Shown here: one piece after another, positions 20,580 through 29,788 of the stretch
Position numbering within the stretch: position 1 is the stretch's first letter
How the letters are laid out: each line of letters opens with the position of its first letter
Notes under the pieces: generated by a model
Databases searched by the model: none
The model's input: the letters and a program-made list of their open reading frames with translations, nothing else
Told to the model about the DNA's origin: nothing
Translations under genes and position numbers: made by a program
Assembly (NCBI GenBank): GCA_965116905.1
Contig: OZ220732.1
Location: 2,560,001 to 2,624,000 of the forward strand
DNA from: Longimicrobiales bacterium
GTDB taxonomy: Bacteria > Gemmatimonadota > Gemmatimonadetes > Longimicrobiales > Gaopeijiaceae
Direction of reading: 5' to 3'
DNA: 64,000 nt

Positions 20580-22580
20580 CTAGCGGACCGTGGTCGCGAC
20601 GTCGTCGGTCCGCCGCCCGAGGACGCGGATCCTGAAGCCCACGGGTTGCATGGTCGGGAACGACCTCACCTGCAACTCAAAGTCGGGCGCGAGCGGCTCA
20701 AGCTCGAGCTCCCTCAGTATCGTGGCCATGGTAAGCGCGAGCTGAACCGGGACGAGACCGCTGCCGAGACACCGGTGGTTGCCGGCCCCGAAGGGAGCGT
20801 AGGCGCCGCGCTGCCGGTGTTCGCCGCGAGCCGGCGTGTAGCGGTCGATGTCGAAGCGCTCCGGATTGGGGAAGTACTCTTCGAGCGTGTGACCGACCGC
20901 TGTTCCGATCATGACCTGCGTGCCCGCGGGAACCCGGTGACCCGCGAACTCGAACGAGTTGGCGGTCGTCCGAAGCACGGCGGGCGAAACCGGATGGAGC
21001 CGCAGGGTCTCCATCGCCACGCGCCGCGAGACATCGAGCCCCTTCAGGCCCTCGGCTGTGACCGGGCCCTGATCGAAGAGGGCGTCGGCCTCCGCGGTCA
21101 TGCTCTCCATGATCTGCGGGCGCTTCACCACGTTGTAGATCATGAACGCACAGGTGCTCGCCGTGGTGTCCAGTCCGACCATGTAGGGAGCGAGCACCGT
21201 CAGGGGCAGGTTGGTTTCGGGAAGAAGCTGGGGGTCGGCTTCACGCAGCTCGAGCATCTGATCGATGAAGTCGGGCGTCGTTCTGCGCGGACCCACCCTG
21301 CGCTTGTGTGCGAGGACCGCGCGGGCCAGCTCGCGGCCCCGCTCACGCGCGCGGCGGAATCGCCGGAGTTTCATGACGTGGGGTACCGTCGCGGCGCTGA
21401 GGAGCAGTCCGCCGAGGAGCGTGGACAGGTCCCGCGTGTACCCCTCCGGAGAATAGCCCGCCATCATGTGGCCCATCTGCTCGGCGATCATGTTCTGGAA
21501 CGCCGGCAAGGCCTCGAACGGCTCGCCCACCGGCCACCCGCCGATATCGTCACGGGTGATGTCGGCAACCTCCTGCGCGCGGTCCCTCATGATCCGGACC
21601 GCATATCCCCTGGCCTGGGCCTTCCGGGTCGTGACGTGATCGATCCCGTCCATGGTCAGAATCGAACGCGACGAGTCCATCTGGTTGTGGAATTCCGCCA
21701 TGGGTTCGAGCGACCGGAACACGGTCTTCCCGTGCGACGTGAGAAAATTGGCCGCTTCCGGCCCCGCGATGCACACGAATCGGCGCCCGGGTGCGCGTAT
21801 CCTGAAGATCGGGCCCAGCTCGCGGTACTGCCGGGCAAGGAACGCCACCAGTCCCCTCCGCATGGCCAGACCGTTGCCCAGCAGCGGCAGGCCCGGCACC
21901 ACCGGGATCTCCTTCGGCCGCCGGGGCTTCGGCTGCAGTTCATCGCGCGCCTCGATTCCTTCTATCGCCAGACTCATCGTCCGGCCGATCAGGTCGAGAT
22001 TCTTCAGCAGATCGATGCGGTCCCGGACCTGCTCCCGCTCCTCCGCCGACAGGATGGTGCGGAACACGCCGCAGGAGTTCGCGAGCGCGATGATCGCGAT
22101 GTCGCGCGGGTCGGGAACATCGTCGCTGAACAGGACCCGCATGATCCTCAGCCTGGCTTCCTCGACCGGCTGCCCGTCGGAGACGGGATAGCGCCGGGAG
22201 CGGGACACCGAGGGGGTCAGCGACAGGACGCCGTGTGCTTCCGATCTGAGGACGCCTCTTTCCGTCAGGCGCGCCAGCGCGGCCTTGCGGATCCGGCGTC
22301 CCCGCCGCGCCGTCCGTTCGAGCCAGTAGCCGGCGTCATGCGTTTCGCCGGCGCCAGCGATCTCGGCCAGCGTCGCGTCGAGGATGTCGTCGCCGAGGGG
22401 CGTTGAGTCGACGAGCATCAACCGCTCGAGATCCGTGTCGATGCGATCCTCGAGTGCGAGATCCATCAGGACGGCTCCGGCCAGCGCCAGATCGAACGAG
22501 TGCTCGGGCAGGCCGGGGGCCAGTTCGCCGCGCGCTTCGTCGAGAACGAGAACGAGGATCTCTTCTGCGAATCTCAGCAT
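20580..22580 (-). CDS. GPP34 (GOLPH3/Vps74)-domain / cytochrome P450 fusion protein
   Basis: N-terminal ~210 aa GPP34-like (MLRFAEEILVLVLDE..G, ALAGAVLMDLALEDRI, L.ERGVL, RRYP, PDPRDIAIIAL). C-terminal P450 with PGLPLLGN, VGLDTT, ETLR, PERF and the heme motif FGAGNHRCLG. Confidence 0.88.
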   Translation of the reverse strand: MLRFAEEILVLVLDEARGELAPGLPEHSFDLALAGAVLMDLALEDRIDTDLERLMLVDSTPLGDDILDATLAEIAGAGETHDAGYWLERTARRGRRIRKAALARLTERGVLRSEAHGVLSLTPSVSRSRRYPVSDGQPVEEARLRIMRVLFSDDVPDPRDIAIIALANSCGVFRTILSAEEREQVRDRIDLLKNLDLIGRTMSLAIEGIEARDELQPKPRRPKEIPVVPGLPLLGNGLAMRRGLVAFLARQYRELGPIFRIRAPGRRFVCIAGPEAANFLTSHGKTVFRSLEPMAEFHNQMDSSRSILTMDGIDHVTTRKAQARGYAVRIMRDRAQEVADITRDDIGGWPVGEPFEALPAFQNMIAEQMGHMMAGYSPEGYTRDLSTLLGGLLLSAATVPHVMKLRRFRRARERGRELARAVLAHKRRVGPRRTTPDFIDQMLELREADPQLLPETNLPLTVLAPYMVGLDTTASTCAFMIYNVVKRPQIMESMTAEADALFDQGPVTAEGLKGLDVSRRVAMETLRLHPVSPAVLRTTANSFEFAGHRVPAGTQVMIGTAVGHTLEEYFPNPERFDIDRYTPARGEHRQRGAYAPFGAGNHRCLGSGLVPVQLALTMATILRELELEPLAPDFELQVRSFPTMQPVGFRIRVLGRRTDDVATTVR

Positions 22581-22642
22581 GTGGTTGGTGCAAAGTTGTG
22601 GCTAGCGTCCGAGCGGAGCGTCGACAGAAGGCGACAAGATGT

Positions 22643-22697
22643 TCATGAAGTTTTGTAACAGAGTGATCATATCGCGATTGTTACATCTGATTCATGA
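22643..22697. promoter_or_regulatory. Nested inverted repeat upstream of the P450 operon
   Basis: TCATGAA-N4-TGTAACA-N18-TGTTACA-N5-TTCATGA in an AT-rich intergenic region. Confidence 0.55.
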
Positions 22698-22762
22698 GAT
22701 TATCGTGATTGCCGCAGATCCGGCAAGGAGATTCTCAGGTCATCCGTCGAGGTGCAGCTTGC

Positions 22763-22790
22763 TGTAACGTTTGTTATTATAAACACTACA
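22763..22790. promoter_or_regulatory. Putative operator of the XRE/HipB-like gene
   Basis: Imperfect palindrome TGTAACGTTTGTTATTATAAACACTACA. Confidence 0.5.
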
Positions 22791-22830
22791 AGGATTAAAG
22801 TACGTATTATTGAACGGTAATGGAAAACAG

Positions 22831-23193
22831 ATGCCTTCTCACATCCGCAAGACCCTGCCGCTACCGGTCCGGCGCACCCTCAGCAAGCTCGGAAGCGACA
22901 TTCGGGATGCCCGGCTGCGCCGCCGCATCCGCGCGTCGACGTTGGCGGAGCGAGCGCTCATCAGTCGCACGACGCTCCACAAGATCGAACGGGGCGATGC
23001 GGGAGTGTCCATGGGCATGTACGCCACGGTCCTGTTCGTGCTGGGCATGCACGACGGCATTGCGGAGCTGGCCGACCGCAGCCGGGACGGGATCGGGCTC
23101 GATCTGCTGGAAGAGCGCCTGCCTCAGCGCGTGCGCGTGCCCTCGGCCGCGCGTCGGAAAGGTGATACGCGCTCCCTGGGGGTGGACGACTAG
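22831..23193 (+). CDS. XRE-family HTH protein (HipB-like antitoxin type), no adjacent toxin
   Basis: LGSDIRDARLRRR...LAERALISRTTLHKIERGDAGVSMGMYATVLFVLG...LPQRVR. Confidence 0.8.
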   Translation: MPSHIRKTLPLPVRRTLSKLGSDIRDARLRRRIRASTLAERALISRTTLHKIERGDAGVSMGMYATVLFVLGMHDGIAELADRSRDGIGLDLLEERLPQRVRVPSAARRKGDTRSLGVDD

Positions 23194-23203
23194 GGTGCCG
23201 GTA

Positions 23204-24412
23204 TCACGGATCTCCCCGTTGCGACATCCCCTCCACCGTCGTCGACGCCGCCATGTGGCCGATCACGTTGGCCGCTGAGCGGAACACGTCCGGCACTCGG
23301 TCGATCCCGAGCAGGATCCCGAGCCCGGCTATGGGCACGCCCACCACGTTGAGCGCGGGCACGAGCGACACGATGCTGGCGCTGGGCACGGGCGCGACCG
23401 TCATCGAGGCCAGGAAGATCGCCAATACCGCCGCCGCGATCATCCCGGCGTCGAGGGGCACGCCGTACATGGCGGTGAGGAAGACCAGCGAGCAGGCCTG
23501 AAACAGCGCGCTCCCCGGGCGGTTGATCGACGCCGCCAGCGGCAGGACCAGCGTGAAGGTGCGCTTCGACAGGCCGAGCTTCTCCGCCTCCTGCAGCATC
23601 ATCGGCAGCGTCCCCACCGATGTCGTCGTGGTGAACCCCACGGTGTACGAGCCCACCGTCCCCCGGATGAACCGCGCCGGTCCCACACCGCCCAGGATCC
23701 GGACCAGCGGCAGCAGCACGAAAGCCTTCATGATGAAGAGGCCCACCACCACGGCGACGATGAACACGGCGAGGTTCTGCAGCATCGCCAGCCCGGTCTG
23801 CGCGATCACCGGCGCCGCGAGACCGAACACGCCGACGGGCGCCGTCCAGAGAATCCACGTCATGAGCTTGATGAGGGCGTCGCCGAGCGTTTCCACGAAG
23901 GACGTGAGCGTCTGCTGCTTCTCGTCGGGCAGGGTGGTGGTGGCCGCCCCGAGGAGGACGACGAAGATGAGGAGGGGAAGGAGCGCGCCGTCGGCGGCGA
24001 CCTCGACCGGGTTCCGCGGCACGAGGTTGACCAGGAAGTCGACCACGCCGGGCGCCGCGGTGTCCAGTTCCGCCCCGGTCGTGGGCGGCGGCACCGGAGC
24101 CGTGAAGTTGAGCGCGAGGCTCATGATGCCCATCCCGATCAGGATCGCGGGCAGCGTGGTCACCCAGAAGAACCCGACCGCCAGGCCGCCCAGCCGTCCC
24201 AGTTCGCGCAGGTTGGCGATCCGCCCCACGCCCACGAAGACGACCGCCGCCACCAGCGGGATGACGACCATCTGAATCGCGCGCAGGAAGACCTGGCCGA
24301 GGGGTTCGGCGGCCTCGGCCATCCACAGCAGCGCCGGAGAACCGGTCGCGGAGGCGGCGATCCCGAGCGCCAGCCCGAGCCCCAGCCCGATGAGAATGGC
24401 GCGGGTGTTCAC
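23204..24412 (-). CDS. Dicarboxylate/amino acid:cation symporter (DAACS/GltP family)
   Basis: GQVFLRAIQMVVIPLV, APVGVFGL, FTTTTSVGTLP, PLAASINRPG, IDRVPDVFRSAANVIG. Confidence 0.92.
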   Translation of the reverse strand: MNTRAILIGLGLGLALGIAASATGSPALLWMAEAAEPLGQVFLRAIQMVVIPLVAAVVFVGVGRIANLRELGRLGGLAVGFFWVTTLPAILIGMGIMSLALNFTAPVPPPTTGAELDTAAPGVVDFLVNLVPRNPVEVAADGALLPLLIFVVLLGAATTTLPDEKQQTLTSFVETLGDALIKLMTWILWTAPVGVFGLAAPVIAQTGLAMLQNLAVFIVAVVVGLFIMKAFVLLPLVRILGGVGPARFIRGTVGSYTVGFTTTTSVGTLPMMLQEAEKLGLSKRTFTLVLPLAASINRPGSALFQACSLVFLTAMYGVPLDAGMIAAAVLAIFLASMTVAPVPSASIVSLVPALNVVGVPIAGLGILLGIDRVPDVFRSAANVIGHMAASTTVEGMSQRGDP

Positions 24413-24600
24413 GCGCGTATGGCTCGTGTGTTCACGTCGGCAATCTGGATCCGATGCCCGGAAGTGGCAACCGTCGAACACAGGGCGGCGCCTGCGATTG
24501 CCGCATCCGGGTTGCCATCCCATCCCGCGCGGTCCACAGTCAGGACTTTCGCAATCGAGACCCGTGCCCGACCGACCCGACCGACTGGATGAAACTGTCC

Positions 24601-26352
24601 ATGGCCAGAAAGACCGCAGTGCTTCCGGGGCTGACCGTGCTGTGGCTCATTGCCGCGGTTCCGGGTGCCGCCAATGGTCAGGAGGTCCGCGGCAGGCTCG
24701 TCGACGCCGCTGGCGGAAGCGGGATTGGAGGCGCGATGGTGAGCCTGGAAGACCGGGCAGGCCGATCGCTCGATCGGGTACTTACGCGCACCGGGAGCGG
24801 ACTGTTCCAGCTGCGGATACCCGCACCTGGCGAGTACCGCATCAGGGCCGAGCGTATTGGCTACGCCTCGACGCTCTCCGACTACTTCAACGTGGCTTCC
24901 ACGGACACGGTGACAATCGAGTTGGCAGCCCGGATCGAGCCGATCGGCCTGACGGGGATAGAAGCGGAGGCCGACCGCAGGTGCCGCGTGCGGCCCGAAG
25001 AGGGTCTGGCCGTCGCCCGGGTGTGGGAGGAGGCGCGGAAGGCTCTCGCGGCAGCGGCATGGACCCGGGAGCGTGGACTCTACCGCTATGAGATGCTCAC
25101 GATCAGACGTCGGCTGGATGCCGGGGGCCGCAGGGTGGAGCGGGAGGACCGGGACTATCTGGAGGTATCGGCCGCTACGCCCTACGAGTCCCGTCCCGCC
25201 GACTCGCTGTTGGCCGAGGGATTCGTGCGGCTCTCGGACCAGGGTGTCGTGTTCTGGGGACCGGACGCCGATGTGCTGCTTTCCGACTACTTCGTGGACA
25301 CACACTGCTTTCGACTCGGGCCGGGCGAGCGTCAGCAGGGAGAACTGCTCGGCCTGGAGTTCGAGCCGGTGCCGGATCGGGACGTGGCGGAAGTTGCCGG
25401 GACCATGTGGCTCGACCCTGTCTCCGCGCACCTGAAGCGTCTGGATTTTCAGTACGTCAACCTCGGCGTTCCCGCACGGCTCATGCGGGCTTCTCCCGGC
25501 GGCAGCGTGGAATTCATGACGCTGCCCAATGGCACGTGGATCATCCCCTCCTGGCACCTTCGCATGTTCCGGCCGGATCCCGCAGCTTCCCTGGCGGCCA
25601 TCATCATGGAGCATGGTGAGGTGCTCCGGGTTCGTGATGAGCGGGGCGTGGTCTTCGAGGGCGACAGGGGCGGCCGCATTGTGGGCACCGTCTTCGACAG
25701 TCTGGGTGCCGGGCTGCCCGGGGCTCGCGTGTTCCTCAACGGTGACGGGACGGAAGTGGTCACGGATGCCGACGGCCGATTCGAAATGACCCACCTCGGT
25801 CCCTGGATATACTCCGTCTATTTCACGCACCCCTACATGGAGCGACTTGGGTACCAGCCCGAGCCGGTCGATGTGGAGGTCGGATCGGACGCGTCCAGTC
25901 CGGTCCGGGTGGACTTCGAGTCACCCCCGATGAATGAGGTGCTCGACGATGTCTGTGGCGGTATCAGGCAGCCGGGACCAACGCAAACCGCGGAAGGCCG
26001 TATTGTCTGGTACGAGGGCGTCCTGACCATGGCCGTGACCGACTCGGACGGGAATCCGGTCGCGGACGCGAATGTTCTGACCGTGACGGCCGCTCCCGGG
26101 GCGGAGGACCTCGGCGAAGACGGCTACCGGATCATCGGCAGGACCAGTGCGTCGGGACTCTATCGGATGTGTTGGGTGCCGGTGGACCTGCCTCTGGAGT
26201 TGGTGGCGCTGAACCGTGGCGAGAGGTTCGACCGCGACGCTTTCGAGGATGGCGCCGCGCTGGCCGATCTCTTCCCCGGCAGAGTTCAGTCGATCACCAT
26301 CGCCCGGGAGGCACCGTACCGAACCCTCCTGTTGCGAGTCGAGACCAGGTAG
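24601..26352 (+). CDS. Secreted protein with carboxypeptidase regulatory-like domains
   Basis: Signal peptide; two to three G.V.D...G.P..GA.V / T.ADG.F / ERIGY Ig-like repeats. Confidence 0.75.
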   Translation: MARKTAVLPGLTVLWLIAAVPGAANGQEVRGRLVDAAGGSGIGGAMVSLEDRAGRSLDRVLTRTGSGLFQLRIPAPGEYRIRAERIGYASTLSDYFNVASTDTVTIELAARIEPIGLTGIEAEADRRCRVRPEEGLAVARVWEEARKALAAAAWTRERGLYRYEMLTIRRRLDAGGRRVEREDRDYLEVSAATPYESRPADSLLAEGFVRLSDQGVVFWGPDADVLLSDYFVDTHCFRLGPGERQQGELLGLEFEPVPDRDVAEVAGTMWLDPVSAHLKRLDFQYVNLGVPARLMRASPGGSVEFMTLPNGTWIIPSWHLRMFRPDPAASLAAIIMEHGEVLRVRDERGVVFEGDRGGRIVGTVFDSLGAGLPGARVFLNGDGTEVVTDADGRFEMTHLGPWIYSVYFTHPYMERLGYQPEPVDVEVGSDASSPVRVDFESPPMNEVLDDVCGGIRQPGPTQTAEGRIVWYEGVLTMAVTDSDGNPVADANVLTVTAAPGAEDLGEDGYRIIGRTSASGLYRMCWVPVDLPLELVALNRGERFDRDAFEDGAALADLFPGRVQSITIAREAPYRTLLLRVETR

Positions 26353-26427
26353 TGGCACGGTTGCCATCCCACCCCCCTGCGCCCCAACCTCATCCTGCAG
26401 CGATCCCCCACGCAGGAGTGACACCCG

Positions 26428-28542
26428 ATGGACCCGCGCCCACGCCCCGACCCTCACCGCAGGCTCCCCTGCACACCACACCTCGGCCGGCCCATCGCCG
26501 CGATCGTCGCCGTTGCGGCCATCTTCGCCCTCTCATCCCCCCAACCCACCGCCGCGCAGGAGCAGACCGGCCGACTGACGCCGGAGTTGTATTTCGAGTG
26601 GGAGGAGGTGCGTCCGTTCCTGCTCGCGGGCGGGATGGGGCCGCAGATTTCGCCCGACGGGAGCCAGGTGCTCTACGAGCGGCGGCACATCGACAAGATG
26701 AAGGACCGCTGGGTGTCGGAACTGCACATCGTGGGTGCGGATGGCGAGCGGCCCCGGCGGCTGACCGGCGGCGGCGGCGCGGTGTGGTCTCCGGACGGCG
26801 AGCGGATCGCATTCGTGCGCGCGGACGGCGACGGCACCCCGCAGATCTTCGTGCGCTGGATGGACGCGGAGGGGGCCGAGACGCAGGTGAGCCACCTCAC
26901 GCAAGGGCCGGGCGGTCTGACCTGGTCGCCCGACGGGGAGACGCTGGCCTTCTCGATGATGGTGCCCTCGGAGCCCGAGTGGACGGTCACGATTCCCGGG
27001 CGTCCGGAGGGGGCGGAGTGGACGGTGGAGCCGAAGGTGGTGACGCGGCCCAACTACCGGCGCGACTACGTGGGGTATACCGACGGCGGGTACCGGCACG
27101 TCTTCGTGCTTCCGGCCACGGGCGGCACGCCGCGCCAGCTGACCGACGGCGACTGGAACCACGGGGCGCCGGTGTGGTCTGCGGACGGCTCGGAGCTCTT
27201 CTTTTCGGCGCTGCGCGAGGATGACGCCGACTACCGTTTCCGCGAATCCGAAATCTACGCGGTGTCGGTGTCGTCGGGTGCGATCCGCCAGCTGACCACC
27301 CGCGCCGGGTCCGACCACTCGCCGGTGCCGTCGCCGGACGGCCGCCTGATTGCGTACCTGGGCCACGACGAGACCGACGACGCGTACTACGCCGACAACA
27401 TCTACGTGATGAGCGTGGACGGGAGCGGCGTGCGGGAAATCGCGACGGACCGCGACCGTGATCCCTCCGGGCTGCGCTGGGCGGCGGACGGCAGCGGTGT
27501 GTACTACAATGCGCCCGACGGCGGTGCCGAGAACCTGTACTTCGCGCCGCTCGACGGGCCGGTGCTCCAGATTACCGAGGGCGAGCACTACCTGACTGTC
27601 TACTCGATGGCGGCCAACGGCATGGCGGCGGGTGTGCTCTCCAGCGCGCACGAGCCCGGCGACGTCGTCGTCTTCGACGTGGCCGCGGGCGGCGAGATCA
27701 GCAAGATCACCGACGTGAACGGCGACATCCTTGCCGGGGTCGAGCTGGGCGAAGTCGAGGACGTCTGGTACGAGTCTTCCGACGGCCTGGAGATCCAGGG
27801 CTGGATCGTGAAGCCGCCGGACTTCGATCCGTCGAAGAAGTACCCGCTGATGCTTGCGATCCACGGGGGACCGCACGGCCGCTACGGCTTCGGGACGCCG
27901 TACATGTGGTACGAATGGCAGCTCGAGGCGGCGAGCGGGTACGTGGTGCTGTACACGAATCCGCGCGGCAGTTCGGGGTACGGGAGCGCGTTCGGCAACG
28001 AGATCGAGAACGCGTATCCCGGCATGGACTACGACGACCTGATGGCCGGCGTCGACGTGGTGCTGGAGCGCGGCTACATCGACGACCAGAACATGTTCGT
28101 CTACGGGTGCAGCGGGGGCGGGGTGCTCACGGCGTGGGTCGTCGGGCACACCGACCGGTTCGCGGCCGCCTCGTCGGAGTGTCCGGTCACCAACTGGTTC
28201 TCCTTCGTGGGCACGACCGACGGCCTCGGCTGGTACAACAACTTCGAGCACCTCCCGTGGGAGGACCCGAGCGAGCACCTGCGCCGTTCCCCGCTGATGT
28301 ACGTGGGCAACGTCACAACCCCGACGCTGCTGATCACCGGCGAGGGCGATCTGCGGACCCCGATGGGGCAGACCGAAGAGTACTATCAGGCGCTCCAGAT
28401 GCTGAAGGTGCCGACCGCGATGGTCCGCCTGCAGGACGAGTGGCATGCGTACTTCTACCGGCCCACGAACACGATCCGCACGTGGATGTACCGCATGGAC
28501 TGGTTCCGGAAGCACTCGCGGGGACAGGGGCCTGTGACATGA
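26428..28542 (+). CDS. S9 family serine peptidase (acylaminoacyl/dipeptidyl peptidase-like)
   Basis: PD40 WSPDG repeats, IHGGPH, NPRGSSGYG, nucleophile GCSGGG, D.R and catalytic His. Confidence 0.92.
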   Translation: MDPRPRPDPHRRLPCTPHLGRPIAAIVAVAAIFALSSPQPTAAQEQTGRLTPELYFEWEEVRPFLLAGGMGPQISPDGSQVLYERRHIDKMKDRWVSELHIVGADGERPRRLTGGGGAVWSPDGERIAFVRADGDGTPQIFVRWMDAEGAETQVSHLTQGPGGLTWSPDGETLAFSMMVPSEPEWTVTIPGRPEGAEWTVEPKVVTRPNYRRDYVGYTDGGYRHVFVLPATGGTPRQLTDGDWNHGAPVWSADGSELFFSALREDDADYRFRESEIYAVSVSSGAIRQLTTRAGSDHSPVPSPDGRLIAYLGHDETDDAYYADNIYVMSVDGSGVREIATDRDRDPSGLRWAADGSGVYYNAPDGGAENLYFAPLDGPVLQITEGEHYLTVYSMAANGMAAGVLSSAHEPGDVVVFDVAAGGEISKITDVNGDILAGVELGEVEDVWYESSDGLEIQGWIVKPPDFDPSKKYPLMLAIHGGPHGRYGFGTPYMWYEWQLEAASGYVVLYTNPRGSSGYGSAFGNEIENAYPGMDYDDLMAGVDVVLERGYIDDQNMFVYGCSGGGVLTAWVVGHTDRFAAASSECPVTNWFSFVGTTDGLGWYNNFEHLPWEDPSEHLRRSPLMYVGNVTTPTLLITGEGDLRTPMGQTEEYYQALQMLKVPTAMVRLQDEWHAYFYRPTNTIRTWMYRMDWFRKHSRGQGPVT

Positions 28543-29654
28543 GGCCGGAGATGGGGAACGCGGCGGCGGGTGGTGGCGCGGTCGGCGGCCTCTGCGGGCC
28601 GGGGCGCCTGGGCCGCATGGGGCGGCTTGCCGCCACGCTCCTGCCGGCTGAGCTCACCGTGCTTCTCGCGCTGTCGTTGGCCGAGGCCCAGGAACGCCCC
28701 CCGGAGGGCGACCGAGTCACCATTACCGGCACCGTCCTGGACGCGGTGACCAGGCAGCCCATCGAGGGGGTCAGCGCCGAATTCAGCGGAATGGGATACA
28801 TCGTCGAGACCGATGCCGCGGGCCGATTCACCCTGTCCAACATCCAGACGGGCGACTACCGCCTGGAGCTGTGGCACCCCGACTACCAGCCCGCCGTGGG
28901 CGACTTCACCATCATGCGTTCGGGCGAGTTCGAGACCTTCATGGAGCCGGTATTCCTGGGCCGGGACGAACTCATCACCGGAATCGTCGGCGTGGTAAGC
29001 GACATCCGCGGAGGCAGTCCCATCGACAGGGTGAGCGTCTCCGTCGAGCAGGGGCGCCGGGGCGCGTCGACGGACACGCGGGGCCGCTTTCTGCTCGACG
29101 ACCTCCTGCCCGGGTTGAAGTCGGTCAGGTTCAGTGCGCTCGGATACGTGACCCGCACCGAAATGATCGACGTCGAGGTGGATCGCGTGACCAACCTGCG
29201 GGTCTCCCTGTCGCCCGATCCGGTGGAGCTGGACCCGATCGAGGTCACGGTCGAGAGGCGCGAGATCGTCTTGCAGGATGTGGGCTTCTACACCCGCGAG
29301 GCCGAGGGCTTCGGCGCGTTCATCGATCGCGAAGAGATCGAAATGCGCGCGCCGGCTGAAATGACCGACCTCTTCACGAGGATCCCCGGCGCGGACTTGC
29401 GCGGCGACGCCTGGAACCCGCTGGAGAAGTACGTGATCCTGCGCGGAGGCCGGGCGGAGGGGTGCTTCCCGCGCATCGTGCTGGACGGCGTGGTCGTGGC
29501 CGGCGGAGGCGACGTACCGGCGGCGCTCGACCAGATGCTCGATCCGCAGTCGGTGGCGGGCGTAGAGGTCTATCCGTCGTCGACCGGCGTGCCGGTACAG
29601 TACGCGGGGACCGGGGCATCGTGCGGGCTGATCGTGATCTGGACGCGGCGATAG
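28539..29654 (+). CDS. Two CarboxypepD_reg domains plus a C-terminal TonB-plug-like domain (no barrel)
   Basis: ATGA overlap with the peptidase; ends LDPQSVAGVEVYPSSTGVPVQY...CGLIVIWTRR. Confidence 0.75.
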   Translation: MRPEMGNAAAGGGAVGGLCGPGRLGRMGRLAATLLPAELTVLLALSLAEAQERPPEGDRVTITGTVLDAVTRQPIEGVSAEFSGMGYIVETDAAGRFTLSNIQTGDYRLELWHPDYQPAVGDFTIMRSGEFETFMEPVFLGRDELITGIVGVVSDIRGGSPIDRVSVSVEQGRRGASTDTRGRFLLDDLLPGLKSVRFSALGYVTRTEMIDVEVDRVTNLRVSLSPDPVELDPIEVTVERREIVLQDVGFYTREAEGFGAFIDREEIEMRAPAEMTDLFTRIPGADLRGDAWNPLEKYVILRGGRAEGCFPRIVLDGVVVAGGGDVPAALDQMLDPQSVAGVEVYPSSTGVPVQYAGTGASCGLIVIWTRR

Positions 29655-29716
29655 CGATAGGTGCGGCGATAGCGATAGGCGCGGCGATAGCGATGGGCGC
29701 GGCGATAGCGATGGAC
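29645..29716. repeat. 18-bp tandem repeat x4 duplicating a stop-codon region
   Basis: GCGGCGATAGCGATRGRY x4; copy 1 contains the TAG of the upstream gene. Confidence 0.9.
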
Positions 29717-29788
29717 GCTGCGGGAGGGCCGCAGCGGCCCTCCGGGACGACGGCCGGCCGCACCCACACAACGAAGGAGGGGACGAAG

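Noticed and set aside
29645..29716. Short repeat arrays as possible CRISPR
   Set aside because: Units are contiguous with no unique spacers, and there are no cas genes in the window.
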